Assembly (NCBI GenBank): GCA_965213675.1
Contig: OZ243916.1
Location: forward strand, 2,880,001-2,944,000
DNA: 64,000 nt
Source: an uncultured Candidatus Binatia bacterium
GTDB lineage: Bacteria > Desulfobacterota > Binatia > UBA9968 > JAJDTQ01
Direction of reading: 5' to 3'
The notes under the pieces are model-generated. The model saw only the letters and a program-made list of their open reading frames with translations, did not search any database and was not told the origin of the DNA. Position numbers and translations under genes: made by a program. Of the stretch, positions 48,694-58,654 are shown in pieces (position 1 is the first letter of the stretch; every line of letters begins with the position of its first letter).

Positions 48694-49063
48694 GAGAGTC
48701 TCCGGCTTTCCGATTCCATGCCTTGCGCCAATGCCAGAGCGCGCCAGGAGTTTTCGCGAATTCCTACGGCGCAAACTCCTGGGTTATCCCCATGGGCTGC
48801 AAGAATCCTCAAGCAGCATCGCGCCCGGATGAAACGGGTTCTCCGGTTGTGTGTCCAAGGCACCCTCCTTGTTCTTGGCGGATGATATCCGATAATGGTC
48901 GCAAGCAGAACGGCCTCGTGCCCCGGTGACTCAGCCTCGAAAAAGCAGCATGGCTGTGGTAGGTCTGCAAAGAGCCAGGAGTGCTCGGCTGCGGCGGTTC
49001 GTTTGCAGCCACTGAAGCGCGTCGGGCACGGCAGCCACTCAACGAGCGAGAAGGGAGAACTGA

Positions 49064-50497
49064 ATGCAACCGGTAACCGACATGCGGAGCTACCTCGAGC
49101 GACTGGACGCCATGGGCGAGATCAAGCGCATCGAGGGGGCGGACCTCGACACGGACGTGGGGGCGCTCACCGAGCACATGGGGGACATCGAGTCCCAGGC
49201 GCTGCTGTTCGACGGCTTCGCGGGGTTTCCCAAGGGCTTTCGTATCGTCTCCAACCTGTTCCGCACCTGTCCGCGCTCGGCGGTGGCCATGGGCCTGCCC
49301 ACGGATGTCCGGGGTGTGGACTTCCTCCACGCGTGGCGCAAGCGCAGCCTGGAGTTCCAGCCCGTGCCGTATGAGCAGGTGGAAGGCGGGCCGGTGTTCG
49401 ACAACCAGATGGACGAGGACGAGGTGGACCTGACCCGGTTCCCCACGCCCATGTGGCACGACCTCGACGGCGGGCGCTACATCGGCACCGGGTGCGGGAT
49501 CATCACCAAGGACCCGGAGTCCGGCGGCATCAACATCGGCACCTACCGGGTGATGATTCAGGAGAAGAACAAGGTCTCGGTAAAGATGAACAAGGGCAAG
49601 CACGGGCGCCTGGCCATGGAGCGCGCCCACGCCCGCGGCGAAGCCCTGCCCGTGGCCATCACCCTGGGGCAGGAGCCCAGCGTGATGCTGTCTTCGCAAA
49701 TGCCGCTGCCGCCGTCGGTGAACGAGTACGAGTTCGCCGGCTGGATGCAGGGCAGCCCCATCCCGGTGGTGCGCGGCGCCGTCACCGGCCTGCCCATCCC
49801 GGCCAACGGCGAAGTGGTGCTGGAGGGCGAGATCCCGCCGCTGCCGCCGGAGGAGTTGCCCAAGGAGGGCCCCTTCGGCGAGTGGCCAGGCTACTACACC
49901 GAGGCCACCGAAGGGGACGTGCCGCTCATGACCGTGAAGCGGGTGTACTACCGGAACGACCCCGTCATCCTGGGCGCTCCGCCGGTGCGGCCGCCCAACA
50001 GCTACCTGCCCATCCCCCTGGGCGCCATCACGCTGTGGGAGCAGTTGGAGAAGGCCGGCATCCCGGACGTCAAGGGGGTCTGGGGCTTCGTCTACGGCGG
50101 CCAGCCCGGTCCGTTCACGGTCATCTCCATCAAGCAGCGCTACACCGGCCACGCCAAGCAGGCGCTGCTGGTGGCGGCCGGCGCCCGCGCCGGCGCCTAC
50201 GGCGGCAAGATGGTGGTGGTGGTGGACGACGACGTGGACATCACCAACCCGGGGGAGGTCATCTGGGCCATGTCCACCCGCTGCGACCCGCGCGAGGGCA
50301 TCGACATCGTGAAGAACGTGTGGGCCTCGGTGTGCGAGCCGGTCATCTCCCCCATGGACCGGGACACCAGGGGCTACGTCACCGACCGCGTGCTCATCGA
50401 CGCCTGCCGCCCATACCAGTGGATCGACCGCTTCCCGCCGGTGAATGCGTTCGAGCCGACGTACAAGGAGCAGATCGCCAAGAAGTGGGGGGTATGA
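49064..50497 (+). CDS. UbiD family prFMN-dependent decarboxylase
   Basis: DGGRYIGT, NIGTYR, EGPFGEWPGYY, VVDDDVD, WAMSTRCDP. Confidence 0.93.
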   Translation: MQPVTDMRSYLERLDAMGEIKRIEGADLDTDVGALTEHMGDIESQALLFDGFAGFPKGFRIVSNLFRTCPRSAVAMGLPTDVRGVDFLHAWRKRSLEFQPVPYEQVEGGPVFDNQMDEDEVDLTRFPTPMWHDLDGGRYIGTGCGIITKDPESGGINIGTYRVMIQEKNKVSVKMNKGKHGRLAMERAHARGEALPVAITLGQEPSVMLSSQMPLPPSVNEYEFAGWMQGSPIPVVRGAVTGLPIPANGEVVLEGEIPPLPPEELPKEGPFGEWPGYYTEATEGDVPLMTVKRVYYRNDPVILGAPPVRPPNSYLPIPLGAITLWEQLEKAGIPDVKGVWGFVYGGQPGPFTVISIKQRYTGHAKQALLVAAGARAGAYGGKMVVVVDDDVDITNPGEVIWAMSTRCDPREGIDIVKNVWASVCEPVISPMDRDTRGYVTDRVLIDACRPYQWIDRFPPVNAFEPTYKEQIAKKWGV

Positions 50498-50510
50498 AGG
50501 AGCGGCGCGC

Positions 50511-51134
50511 ATGAAGGCGGTTCTCTGGAGAACGCTGACGACGGCGGCGTTGGCGCTGGCGTTCGTCATGGCGCCGGCCACGGAGGCGCCCGCCCACAAG
50601 TCCGTCCTCAAGGTGGAATTTGCGGAGCGACGCGAGTTCAACCTCCTCATCGACGACTTCGGCCTCACCGACCAGAACGGCAGGCGCGTGCGGTTCGGGC
50701 AGTTCCGGGGCAAACCGGTGGTGGTCAACTTCATGTACACGTCGTGCCCGGACGTGTGCCCGCTGCTCACCGCGAGCCTCAAGATCCTGCGCGACCACAT
50801 GGAGCCGGCGGAGTCCCGGGACATCCATTTCCTGTCCATCACCACCGACCCCGAGGTGGATACCCCCGAGGTACTCAAGGCGTACAGCAAGCGTCACAAA
50901 GCGGATGCGCCCAACTGGTCGTGGCTCACGGGGAACGAGCGGGCGCTGGCGCCGGTGTGGCAGGGCTTCGGTGTGAGTGTGCAGCGCATCGCCAAGGGAC
51001 TCATCGAGCACACCACGCTGACGGTGGTGGCGGACGCCAAAGGCTATATGCGCTTCGCCTACTTCGGCTCCGCGCCGGACCCGGACGTGATGTTGCAGGA
51101 TCTGCGGGCGCTCGCCAAGGAACCGGCCACCTGA
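50511..51134 (+). CDS. SCO family protein
   Basis: Signal peptide, FMYTSCPDVCP, ITTDPEVDTP, WLTG, conserved His. Confidence 0.9.
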   Translation: MKAVLWRTLTTAALALAFVMAPATEAPAHKSVLKVEFAERREFNLLIDDFGLTDQNGRRVRFGQFRGKPVVVNFMYTSCPDVCPLLTASLKILRDHMEPAESRDIHFLSITTDPEVDTPEVLKAYSKRHKADAPNWSWLTGNERALAPVWQGFGVSVQRIAKGLIEHTTLTVVADAKGYMRFAYFGSAPDPDVMLQDLRALAKEPAT

Positions 51135-51204
51135 CGACTCGTTCAATTCCCTGCGACTCCCGGGACAGATCCGGCGCAAAGGACGCGGCTCATGGGGTAT
51201 GGCG

Positions 51205-51338
51205 CCCTTCGACCTGGCTCAGGACACGCCCTCCGACTTCGCGCCGCTGACGCGGCGCTACGCTCAGGACGAACGGAGGTGCGGTTGCCAGTCGCGGTGA
51301 GCCAGGTCAAAGGACCTTTCCCGAGCGCAGTCGAAGGG
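51205..51338. repeat. Palindromic repeat family C cluster
   Basis: CCCTTCGAC...GCTCAGGAC, GCTACGCTCAGGACGAACGG, GAGCGCAGTCGAAGGG. Confidence 0.7.
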
Positions 51339-51359
51339 CTGCCGGGGTTGGATTGAACC

Positions 51360-53510
51360 GTGGGATCGCTGCTGAGCGCCATCGTATGGGAGACCGTGGG
51401 GGTCTTTTACGAGGCCTCGGTGTACCTCCTCATCGGGTTTTTCGTCGCCGGACTCTTCCACGCATACCTGCCGGCGAATCTCATTGCCCGCTACCTGGGC
51501 CGCAACGACGTGCGCTCGGTGGGGCTGGCGGCGCTGTTCGGGGCGCCCATTCCCTTGTGCTCTTGCGGCGTCCTGCCGGCGGCGTCCTCGCTGCAAAGGC
51601 AGGGAGCCGGCCGGGCGCCACTGGTATCGTTTCTGATCTCGACTCCCGAGACCGGGGTGGACTCGGTGGCCCTGACCTACGGGCTCATGGGTCCGGTGAT
51701 GGCCGTGGTGCGTCCGGTGGTGGCGGTGGTGACGGCGCTGGTGGCTGGCATCGCCGCCATCGGCGTGCGTGAGGACCAGACGGAGGGTCGCCCCTCCACC
51801 GGCGCGGCCGCGGTTTGCGCCGATGCGTGTGCGCCAGGGGCCGCCGGCAAGGGCGCATGCGATGACACGCGCGCCCCGGCCGGTGGCCAGGATCCGTGCG
51901 CCGAGACGGACGCGGCGGCTCCTTCACCGAGGCGCCGTTTCCTTCATTCGCTGGAATACGGCTTCACCTCGGTGCTGGACGACATCGCGTTGTCGCTGGT
52001 CGCCGGCATGCTGCTGACCGGGATTCTCGCGGGCCTTCTGCCCGACAACTTCTTCGACGAGGTGCTCGGCTGGGGCTCGGGGATCATGCCCATGCTGGCC
52101 ATGATCGTGCTCGGGCTGCCGTTGTACCTCTGCGCCAGCGCGTCCACCCCGGTGGCCGCCGCGCTCATGGTCAAGGGGCTCTCTCCGGGAGCGGCGCTCG
52201 TGTTCCTGCTGGTGGGGCCGGCCACCAACCTTGCCACCATGACCGTGGTGGGGCAGCTCCTGGGGCGCCGTCTTCTCGGCGTCTACATCGGCGCCATCAT
52301 CCTCGTGAGCCTGCTGGCCGGACTCCTGGTGGACGCGACCCTGGCGGATTCCATCCAGGTGGCGGGCTTCGGCGATCTCGGGCAGGAACTCGACGCGGTC
52401 TTCGCGCTGAAGGCCCTGTCGGCCGTGGGCCTGGTGCTGCTGTTGCTGCGGAGTTTCGCACGCAAGGGCTTTCGCACGGTCTGGCGCGACGCTTCGGATC
52501 AGCTTCGCCAGACCGGCCAGGCCGTCAAGGCCCTCCGTCCCGGCCTCTTGTTGCGCGGCCCGGTGCTCGCGGCGGCCGCGGCCATCGCGGCGGTGGCGTC
52601 GGTTCCGGCGTTCACCCTGGTGGTCGAGCCCGGCCAGCGCGGCATCATCCAACGCTTCGGCCGAGTGGCCGCGGCGGACCTCGAGCCCGGCCTGTACTTC
52701 CATCTGCCGGCACCCTTCGGCCGGGGGACCGCGGTGGACGTGGCGCTGGTCCGACAGGTCTCCGTGGGCTTTCGGGGCAGCGTCAACGGGCGGCGGGAGG
52801 TTGTGGACGCGCAGGCCTTCTACCTCACCGCGGACGCCAACGTCATCGACATCCGCGCGGTGGTGCAGTACCGCGTGCGCGATCCGGCGGTGTACGCCCT
52901 GGGCGTCGAGGAGACCCCCGCGGTGGTCCTGGGGCTGGCCCGGCGTGAGCTGGTGAGCCTCTTGAGCCGCAAGCCCATCGACCGGGTCTATACGGTGGAC
53001 CGGCGCGGCACCGAGAGCGAACTGCGGGACCGGTTGGCCCGGCGCCTCGCCTCCCTGGGCATCGGCAGCGAAGTTCTGGACGTGCGGCTCCTGGACGTGC
53101 ACGCGCCCGGCCGGGTCCACGACGCCTTTCGCGACGTGGCCAGCGCACTGGAGGACCGCCAGCGCGACATCCACGTAGCCACCGGGGCGGCGACCCAGTC
53201 CACCACCGCGGCCACGGGCGAGGCGGAGCGCATCATGCAACGCGCCGAGGGCCGCGCCGTGCGCGAGATGCGCCGGGCCGAGGGCCGCGCCGCCGCGTTT
53301 CGCGATACGGCGGCGGTGCACCGGGCGAGTCCGTCGGTCACCGAAGCCCGCCTCTATCTGGAAACCCTCGAGCGGTCGCTGGAGCTGCCGCGCAAGTACA
53401 TCTACATGCCCGAGGCGGACGGCGGAGGCGACGTGGATATCTGGGTCGGCGCGCCCTCCGCGGACCTCCTGAACCTGGGCGCGCCCGTGCCCCGGAGCGG
53501 GCAGAGATAG
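51360..53510 (+). CDS. SO_0444/DUF318-type metal permease fused to a C-terminal SPFH (HflK-like) domain
   Basis: PIPLCSCGVLP, FLISTPETGVDS, PLYLCASASTP, LLVGPATN; then VVEPGQRGIIQRFG, LTADAN, AFRDVASA, RLYLETLE. Confidence 0.88.
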   Translation: MGSLLSAIVWETVGVFYEASVYLLIGFFVAGLFHAYLPANLIARYLGRNDVRSVGLAALFGAPIPLCSCGVLPAASSLQRQGAGRAPLVSFLISTPETGVDSVALTYGLMGPVMAVVRPVVAVVTALVAGIAAIGVREDQTEGRPSTGAAAVCADACAPGAAGKGACDDTRAPAGGQDPCAETDAAAPSPRRRFLHSLEYGFTSVLDDIALSLVAGMLLTGILAGLLPDNFFDEVLGWGSGIMPMLAMIVLGLPLYLCASASTPVAAALMVKGLSPGAALVFLLVGPATNLATMTVVGQLLGRRLLGVYIGAIILVSLLAGLLVDATLADSIQVAGFGDLGQELDAVFALKALSAVGLVLLLLRSFARKGFRTVWRDASDQLRQTGQAVKALRPGLLLRGPVLAAAAAIAAVASVPAFTLVVEPGQRGIIQRFGRVAAADLEPGLYFHLPAPFGRGTAVDVALVRQVSVGFRGSVNGRREVVDAQAFYLTADANVIDIRAVVQYRVRDPAVYALGVEETPAVVLGLARRELVSLLSRKPIDRVYTVDRRGTESELRDRLARRLASLGIGSEVLDVRLLDVHAPGRVHDAFRDVASALEDRQRDIHVATGAATQSTTAATGEAERIMQRAEGRAVREMRRAEGRAAAFRDTAAVHRASPSVTEARLYLETLERSLELPRKYIYMPEADGGGDVDIWVGAPSADLLNLGAPVPRSGQR

Positions 53511-53520
53511 TGGAATCACC

Positions 53521-54474
53521 ATGACCAAACCCGTCGTCGCGGTCCTCGTTCTGGCGCTGCTCCTCTTCGCCGCCGCCACTTCGTTCGTGGTGGTGGATGA
53601 GAAGAGCCACGCGGTCATCACCCAGTTCGGCAAGCCGGTGTCGGTGCTGAGCGACGCCGGCCTCTACTTCAAGCTGCCGGTGCCGTTCCAGCGGGCCAAC
53701 CTGCTGGACAAGCGCATCCTCATCACCAACACGCGGGAGACGGAACTGCTCACCGCGGACAAGAAGAACGTCCTGGTCTCCACCTATATCTCCTGGAAGA
53801 TCGCCGATCCGGTGCGCTACCTGGCGGCGCTGCGCCGCCGGGACTTCGCGGAGAACCGGCTTGCCGCGCTGGTGCAGTCCGAGTTGGGCAGCGCGCTGGG
53901 CGGCCGGCCCTTCAGCACGATTCTGGGAATTTCCGGCAACGACGCCAGCTTGGCCGAGTTGGAGGCATCGGTGGAGCGGGCCGTGGCCCGGGTGGCGCGG
54001 AAGGACCTGGGCCTCGAGGTGGTGAGCCTGGGGGTGACGCGTCTCATCTTCCCGCAACAGAACCTGGACAGCGTGTTCGCGCGCATGCGCGCGGAGCGCG
54101 CGCGCATCGCCCGGGGCTTTCGCTCGGAGGGGCGCGCCGAGGCGCAGAAGATTGCCGCCCGTGCCGAGAAGGAACGCGCGCGCATCATCGCCGAGGCCGA
54201 GGCCACCGCCACCAGGCTGCGCGGCCGCGGCGAGGCCGAGGCGGCGCGCGTCTACGCCGAGGCCTACGAGGGTCACGCCGGGTTCTATCGTTTTCTGCGC
54301 ACGCTGGAAGCCTACAAGAAGGTGCTGAACGAGAAGACCACACTGGTCCTGCCCGCGGATTCACCGTTCCTGGAAATCCTGACCTCCAGGATCCCTGGCA
54401 CGCCGGAGCGGGAGCCGTCGGAGCGGGAGTCCGGCGTTGAGCCGCCGCCCACGCGGGGAGAGGTGCCCCGGTGA
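53521..54474 (+). CDS. HflC-like SPFH protein
   Basis: VITQFGKPV, GLYFKLP, LLTADKKN, RMRAERAR, FYRFLRTLEAY. Confidence 0.88.
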   Translation: MTKPVVAVLVLALLLFAAATSFVVVDEKSHAVITQFGKPVSVLSDAGLYFKLPVPFQRANLLDKRILITNTRETELLTADKKNVLVSTYISWKIADPVRYLAALRRRDFAENRLAALVQSELGSALGGRPFSTILGISGNDASLAELEASVERAVARVARKDLGLEVVSLGVTRLIFPQQNLDSVFARMRAERARIARGFRSEGRAEAQKIAARAEKERARIIAEAEATATRLRGRGEAEAARVYAEAYEGHAGFYRFLRTLEAYKKVLNEKTTLVLPADSPFLEILTSRIPGTPEREPSERESGVEPPPTRGEVPR

Positions 54475-55382
54475 CGGGACGGGGGCGACGATTCCCGGTT
54501 TTCCTTGGCTGTGCCGCCGTGCTCGCTGGCTGGCTTGCCTTGGGAATTTACAGCGTCGAATCCGACGAGAGCGCGGTGGCCTACTTCCTCGGCAAGGCCG
54601 TGGGCCGCGACGTGCTGCCGGGCATCCACTGGAACCCGCCTTGGCCGCTGGGCCGGGTGGTGGTGGCTCGGACGGCTACGAACTTTCTCATGCCGGTGGA
54701 GCACGAGGCGCCGGCGGACAGCGTGACCGGCGCGTCCGAGTCCCTGTGGCTTCTGGGGGACACCAACGTCGTCGTCGGCCGGGTGGGCATCCAGTACAGC
54801 ATCCGCAGCCTGACGCGCTTCGAGGTGTCGCACGAGGATCCGCGGGAACTGTTGCGCCGGGCCGGGCGGCGGATCGTGACACGGTTTCTCGCCAGCGAGA
54901 GCGTGGACGCCGCCCTCACCACGCGCCGGAACGATCTGCTGGACGCGGTGCAGCGGCAAGTGCAGGCGATACTCGATCATCACGGATCGGGCATCGAAAT
55001 CCAGTCCGTGAACGTCGAGGCGCTGGCCCCTCCGGAGCAGGGCGGCGTGCGGCAGGCCTTCCAGGAGGTGCAGAGCGCGCTGGCGGACAAGGAACGCGTG
55101 GTGGACGAGGCCCGCGCCGACCGCGCCCAGACCCTCGCCGAAGCAGAGGGGGAGGCCGAGCACCGCGTGACCCAGGCCGAGGCCGCGCGCCACCGGCGGG
55201 TGGAGATCGCCAAGGGCGAAGGGGAACGTTTCCGTCGCTTGGCCCGGGAGCACCGCAAGACCCCGCGACTCACCGAGGAACGGCTCTACCTGGAAACCAT
55301 CGAGGAGATCCTGCCGCGCATGGACACCTACGTGGTCCAGTCGGCCCCCGGCGGCAAGGTGAATCTGCGCGTGGTCAGGTGA
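54471..55382 (+). CDS. HflK-like SPFH protein
   Basis: GIYSVESDE, PGIHWNPPWP, AFQEVQSA, AKGEGERF, ERLYLETIEEIL. Confidence 0.85.
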   Translation: MTGRGRRFPVFLGCAAVLAGWLALGIYSVESDESAVAYFLGKAVGRDVLPGIHWNPPWPLGRVVVARTATNFLMPVEHEAPADSVTGASESLWLLGDTNVVVGRVGIQYSIRSLTRFEVSHEDPRELLRRAGRRIVTRFLASESVDAALTTRRNDLLDAVQRQVQAILDHHGSGIEIQSVNVEALAPPEQGGVRQAFQEVQSALADKERVVDEARADRAQTLAEAEGEAEHRVTQAEAARHRRVEIAKGEGERFRRLAREHRKTPRLTEERLYLETIEEILPRMDTYVVQSAPGGKVNLRVVR

Positions 55383-55448
55383 AACTGGTGTCGTGTCCGG
55401 CAGAGGCAATTTACGCCTTATTGATATTAGTTGATCAACTACGCTCGT

Positions 55449-55481
55449 TTGACAGGCGAACATTTTGAGAGTAGTTTCTCA
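55449..55481 (+). promoter_or_regulatory. Sigma70 promoter with overlapping Fur/Zur-like palindrome
   Basis: TTGACA(55449)-N17-TAGTTT(55472); TGAGAGTAGTTTCTCA 55466-55481. Confidence 0.65.
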
Positions 55482-55518
55482 TTAATCCATCATCCATGCG
55501 GGCCGAGGAGGAATCGAC

Positions 55519-56652
55519 ATGAAGACAGTGGGACGGATTCTGTTTGTAATGGTCGTGGGTCTTTTGACAGGGGCCCATCCGGCGTTCGCCAGCGAGAAGG
55601 GCGTGAGTGTGGTGGCCAGTATCCTTCCTGTCGCCTATCTGGCGCAGGAGTTGGGCGGGGAGCGCGTGCGCGTGGACCTGCTGGTGCCACCGGGGGCAAG
55701 TCCGCACACGTTCGAGCCGGTGCCGAGCGACATGATCAAGCTGCGACGCGCCCGGTTGTTCTTGCGGGTCGGCGCCAATCTGGACGGATGGACCGACAGG
55801 CTCCGGGGAGCGGCTTCCGATGGACTGGAGACGTTGACCCTGATGACGTTGCCCGGCATCAAGCCTCTTGAGGGGGGTCACGATCATGACCACGGCCACG
55901 GTCATGGCGAGAAGAAAGCGGAAGCACACGACGACCATGGGCACGGCGAGAGGCAGGCGAAGAAACACGACGACCATGGGCACGACCACGGCGAGAAGAA
56001 GGCGGAGGCGCATGACGACCATGGGCACGGTCATGACGAGAAGAAAGCGGAAGCGCATGACGACCACGGCCACGGCGACAAACATGCGGAGAAGCACCAC
56101 GGAGAAGCGGAGGCGGCGGGTGGCGAAGGGTTGGACCCGCACTTCTGGCTGGATCCGATCCGGGTTCGGGATGCGGTCGTCCCGGTCATTGTCGAGCATC
56201 TGGTGGAGGCGGATCCGGCCGGCAAGGAGTACTACGAGCAACGCGGCAAGGACTTCCGCCAACGCCTGACGGCGCTGGATGTCAAAGTCCGGGGGGAGCT
56301 GGCCAAGGCCAAATCCAGGAAGTTCGTGGCGTTCCACAGTGCCTGGGCCTACTTTTCCGAGCGATACGATCTCGAAGAGGTGGCGGTGGTGCAGGAGTTC
56401 GCCGGCGAAGAACCAACGCCGCGGGAGTTGGCCGCGCTGGTGAAGGGGGCGCGGGAGGCCGGGATCCGCAGTATCCTGGTGGAGCCGCAACTCAGCCCGC
56501 GGGTGGCGCAGACCATCGCCAGCGAGTTTGGCGGCGGGACGGCGCTGGTGGATCCCCTGGGGGACTCCGGCGATCCGGCGCGAGCGAGCTACGAAGGGTT
56601 GATGCTGTTCAACGCGCGAGCGTTCGCGCAGGCTCTGGGGGGGCAGAATTGA
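55519..56652 (+). CDS. znuA: Zinc ABC transporter substrate-binding protein with long His-rich loop
   Basis: SPHTFEP, His-rich repeats, DPHFWLDP, FHSAW, DPLG. Confidence 0.88.
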   Translation: MKTVGRILFVMVVGLLTGAHPAFASEKGVSVVASILPVAYLAQELGGERVRVDLLVPPGASPHTFEPVPSDMIKLRRARLFLRVGANLDGWTDRLRGAASDGLETLTLMTLPGIKPLEGGHDHDHGHGHGEKKAEAHDDHGHGERQAKKHDDHGHDHGEKKAEAHDDHGHGHDEKKAEAHDDHGHGDKHAEKHHGEAEAAGGEGLDPHFWLDPIRVRDAVVPVIVEHLVEADPAGKEYYEQRGKDFRQRLTALDVKVRGELAKAKSRKFVAFHSAWAYFSERYDLEEVAVVQEFAGEEPTPRELAALVKGAREAGIRSILVEPQLSPRVAQTIASEFGGGTALVDPLGDSGDPARASYEGLMLFNARAFAQALGGQN

Positions 56653-57443
56653 CAGAACTCAACCACGGAGTCGTGGTGGGGCTGAGTGGCGTGTCGGTGG
56701 AGTTGGGTGGCCGAAGCGTCCTGCACGACATCAACTTCAACGTGCACGAGGGCGGTTTCGTGGGCATCGTGGGTCCCAACGGAGCGGGCAAGACCACGCT
56801 GCTGCGCACGATTCTCGGTCTCGTGCCAGTGGTGAGCGGCAGAGTGGAAGTGTTCGGGCGTCCCCCGGGCCGCAACGCCTCCCAAGCCATCGGCTACGTG
56901 CCGCAGCGCCAGAGCATCGCCAGCAACTTCCCGGCCACGGTGGGGGACATGGTGATGATGGGACGGTTGCGGCATTTGGGGCTCATGCGCTTCCCCGGCC
57001 GAAAGGACTGGCAGCGGGTGGACGACAGCCTGCTCCTCGTGGGCATGCTGGACCGCAGAGACCGTGCCGTGGGGCGCCTGTCCGGAGGCGAGCAGCGCCG
57101 GGTCATGCTGGCCCAGGCGCTGTGCGCCAGCACCCGCCTGCTGGTGCTCGACGAGCCCACGGTGGGGCTCGACCTTCCCGCCGAGCACGAGTTCTACGCG
57201 CTGCTCCGAAAGCTCATCCGCGATCTGAGCCTGACCATCGTGGCGGTATCCCATGACCTGGTGGCCTTGGCCGGCGAGACCGACGAGCTGATCTGCATCA
57301 ACCACCGCATGCACATCCACGGCAACGCCGAGGACGTGATTCACAGCCACGCCATTCGCGAGGCCTATTGCTGCGAGTTCGACTTCCTGGCCGGCGAGTT
57401 GGCCCATCACGAGGGCCACGACCACACGGCGCCGGTTTCCTGA
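56649..57443 (+). CDS. znuC: Zinc ABC transporter ATP-binding protein
   Basis: GPNGAGKTT, LSGGEQRR, LDEPT, Cys/His-rich C-terminus. Confidence 0.88.
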   Translation: MTELNHGVVVGLSGVSVELGGRSVLHDINFNVHEGGFVGIVGPNGAGKTTLLRTILGLVPVVSGRVEVFGRPPGRNASQAIGYVPQRQSIASNFPATVGDMVMMGRLRHLGLMRFPGRKDWQRVDDSLLLVGMLDRRDRAVGRLSGGEQRRVMLAQALCASTRLLVLDEPTVGLDLPAEHEFYALLRKLIRDLSLTIVAVSHDLVALAGETDELICINHRMHIHGNAEDVIHSHAIREAYCCEFDFLAGELAHHEGHDHTAPVS

Positions 57444-57487
57444 ACACCCCGCGGTCACGCGTCGCACGTCATCCGACGGCCTCCCCC

Positions 57488-58288
57488 ATGTTCGAATTCG
57501 AATTCATGCAACGCGCCTTGGCGGCGGCGATCCTCGTGGGCCTGCTGTGCGGTATTCTGGGCTTCTTCGTGGTGCTCCGGCGTTTGGCGTTCATCGGCGT
57601 GGGCATTTCCCATTCCGCCATCGGCGGGGTGGCCATCGGCATCCTGGCAAGTTGGAACCCGCTGCTTACCGGCGCTGTCTTTGCGGTTGCCGTGGCCTTG
57701 GGCATCGCTCTGGTGAGCCAGACGGATCACATCGGCGAGGACACGGTCATCGGCGTCTTCTTCTCCGGCTCCATGGCGTTGGGGATCGTGCTCTTCAGCA
57801 TGAAGAGCGGCTACCAGCAGGATCTCTTCAGCTATCTGTTCGGCAACGTATTGGCGATCTCCACCGAGGAGCTGGTGGCGCTGGCCGCGGTGAGCGCGGT
57901 GATCATGGCGGTCGTCGTGCTCACGTTCAAGGAACATCTGCTGATCTCCTTTGACGAGGAAGTGGCCTCCGCCTACGGCCACAAGGTGGTGGTCCTCAAC
58001 GTGCTGCTGCTGGTGATGCTGGCCCTGACCGTGGTCATCGGGGTGCGCTTGGTGGGACTGTTGCTGATCCAGGCCCTCCTGGTGGTGCCCGCGGCCGTGG
58101 CCGCGCTGTGGGCAACCAACTTCCGCGGGCAGGTGCTTCTGGCGGCGTCCATCGGATCGCTGTCGGGCGTCACCGGCCTCGTGCTGGCCTATCAACTGGA
58201 CATCGCCGCGGGCGGCGCCATCGTGCTGGTGGCGGTGTCGCTTTTCTTCGTTGCCCTGCTCGCCCGCCTCCTGGCCGGGCGTGTATAG
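57488..58288 (+). CDS. znuB: Zinc ABC transporter permease
   Basis: FMQRAL, VVLRRLAFIGVGISH, YLFGNVL, SFDEE. Confidence 0.88.
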   Translation: MFEFEFMQRALAAAILVGLLCGILGFFVVLRRLAFIGVGISHSAIGGVAIGILASWNPLLTGAVFAVAVALGIALVSQTDHIGEDTVIGVFFSGSMALGIVLFSMKSGYQQDLFSYLFGNVLAISTEELVALAAVSAVIMAVVVLTFKEHLLISFDEEVASAYGHKVVVLNVLLLVMLALTVVIGVRLVGLLLIQALLVVPAAVAALWATNFRGQVLLAASIGSLSGVTGLVLAYQLDIAAGGAIVLVAVSLFFVALLARLLAGRV

Positions 58289-58301
58289 CGCCAAGACGCG
58301 A

Positions 58302-58438
58302 GTGTCGTGTCCCGTAAATTCCTGCGATAAGTTGCGCAGGATATTATGTAGTCGGCAAGGCGCGATGACGAGCAGTGGGGGTTACCACGCGAGGAAGAGC
58401 CACGCAGCGGACGGCGACAAAGACCAGCAAGTTATCGC
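58302..58438. mobile_element. MITE family B, right-truncated copy
   Basis: GTGTCGTGTCCCGTAAATTCCTGCGATAAG... colinear with 27606-27742. Confidence 0.8.
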
Positions 58439-58654
58439 GCCGGTCCCGGCCGGAAGGCGGACCTGAACCGAGCGGCCCGGCTGCTCGATCCTCAGCATCA
58501 GCGTGCCGTCGGCGAGGCGGAGGCCCAAGAGCGTGGCCCCGCCTTCGGCCGCGAGTTGCACCAAGGGCCGGGCTGCGGCGGGCGCTTCTTCCAGCCCCAG
58601 GCCCGCAGGCCGTCCCATCCCTTGGCCCTCCGTGACATCGGCGAGCGCCGTGCC

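Noticed and set aside
49064-50497. UbiD without adjacent UbiX
   Set aside because: ubiX is often encoded elsewhere; not informative from one window
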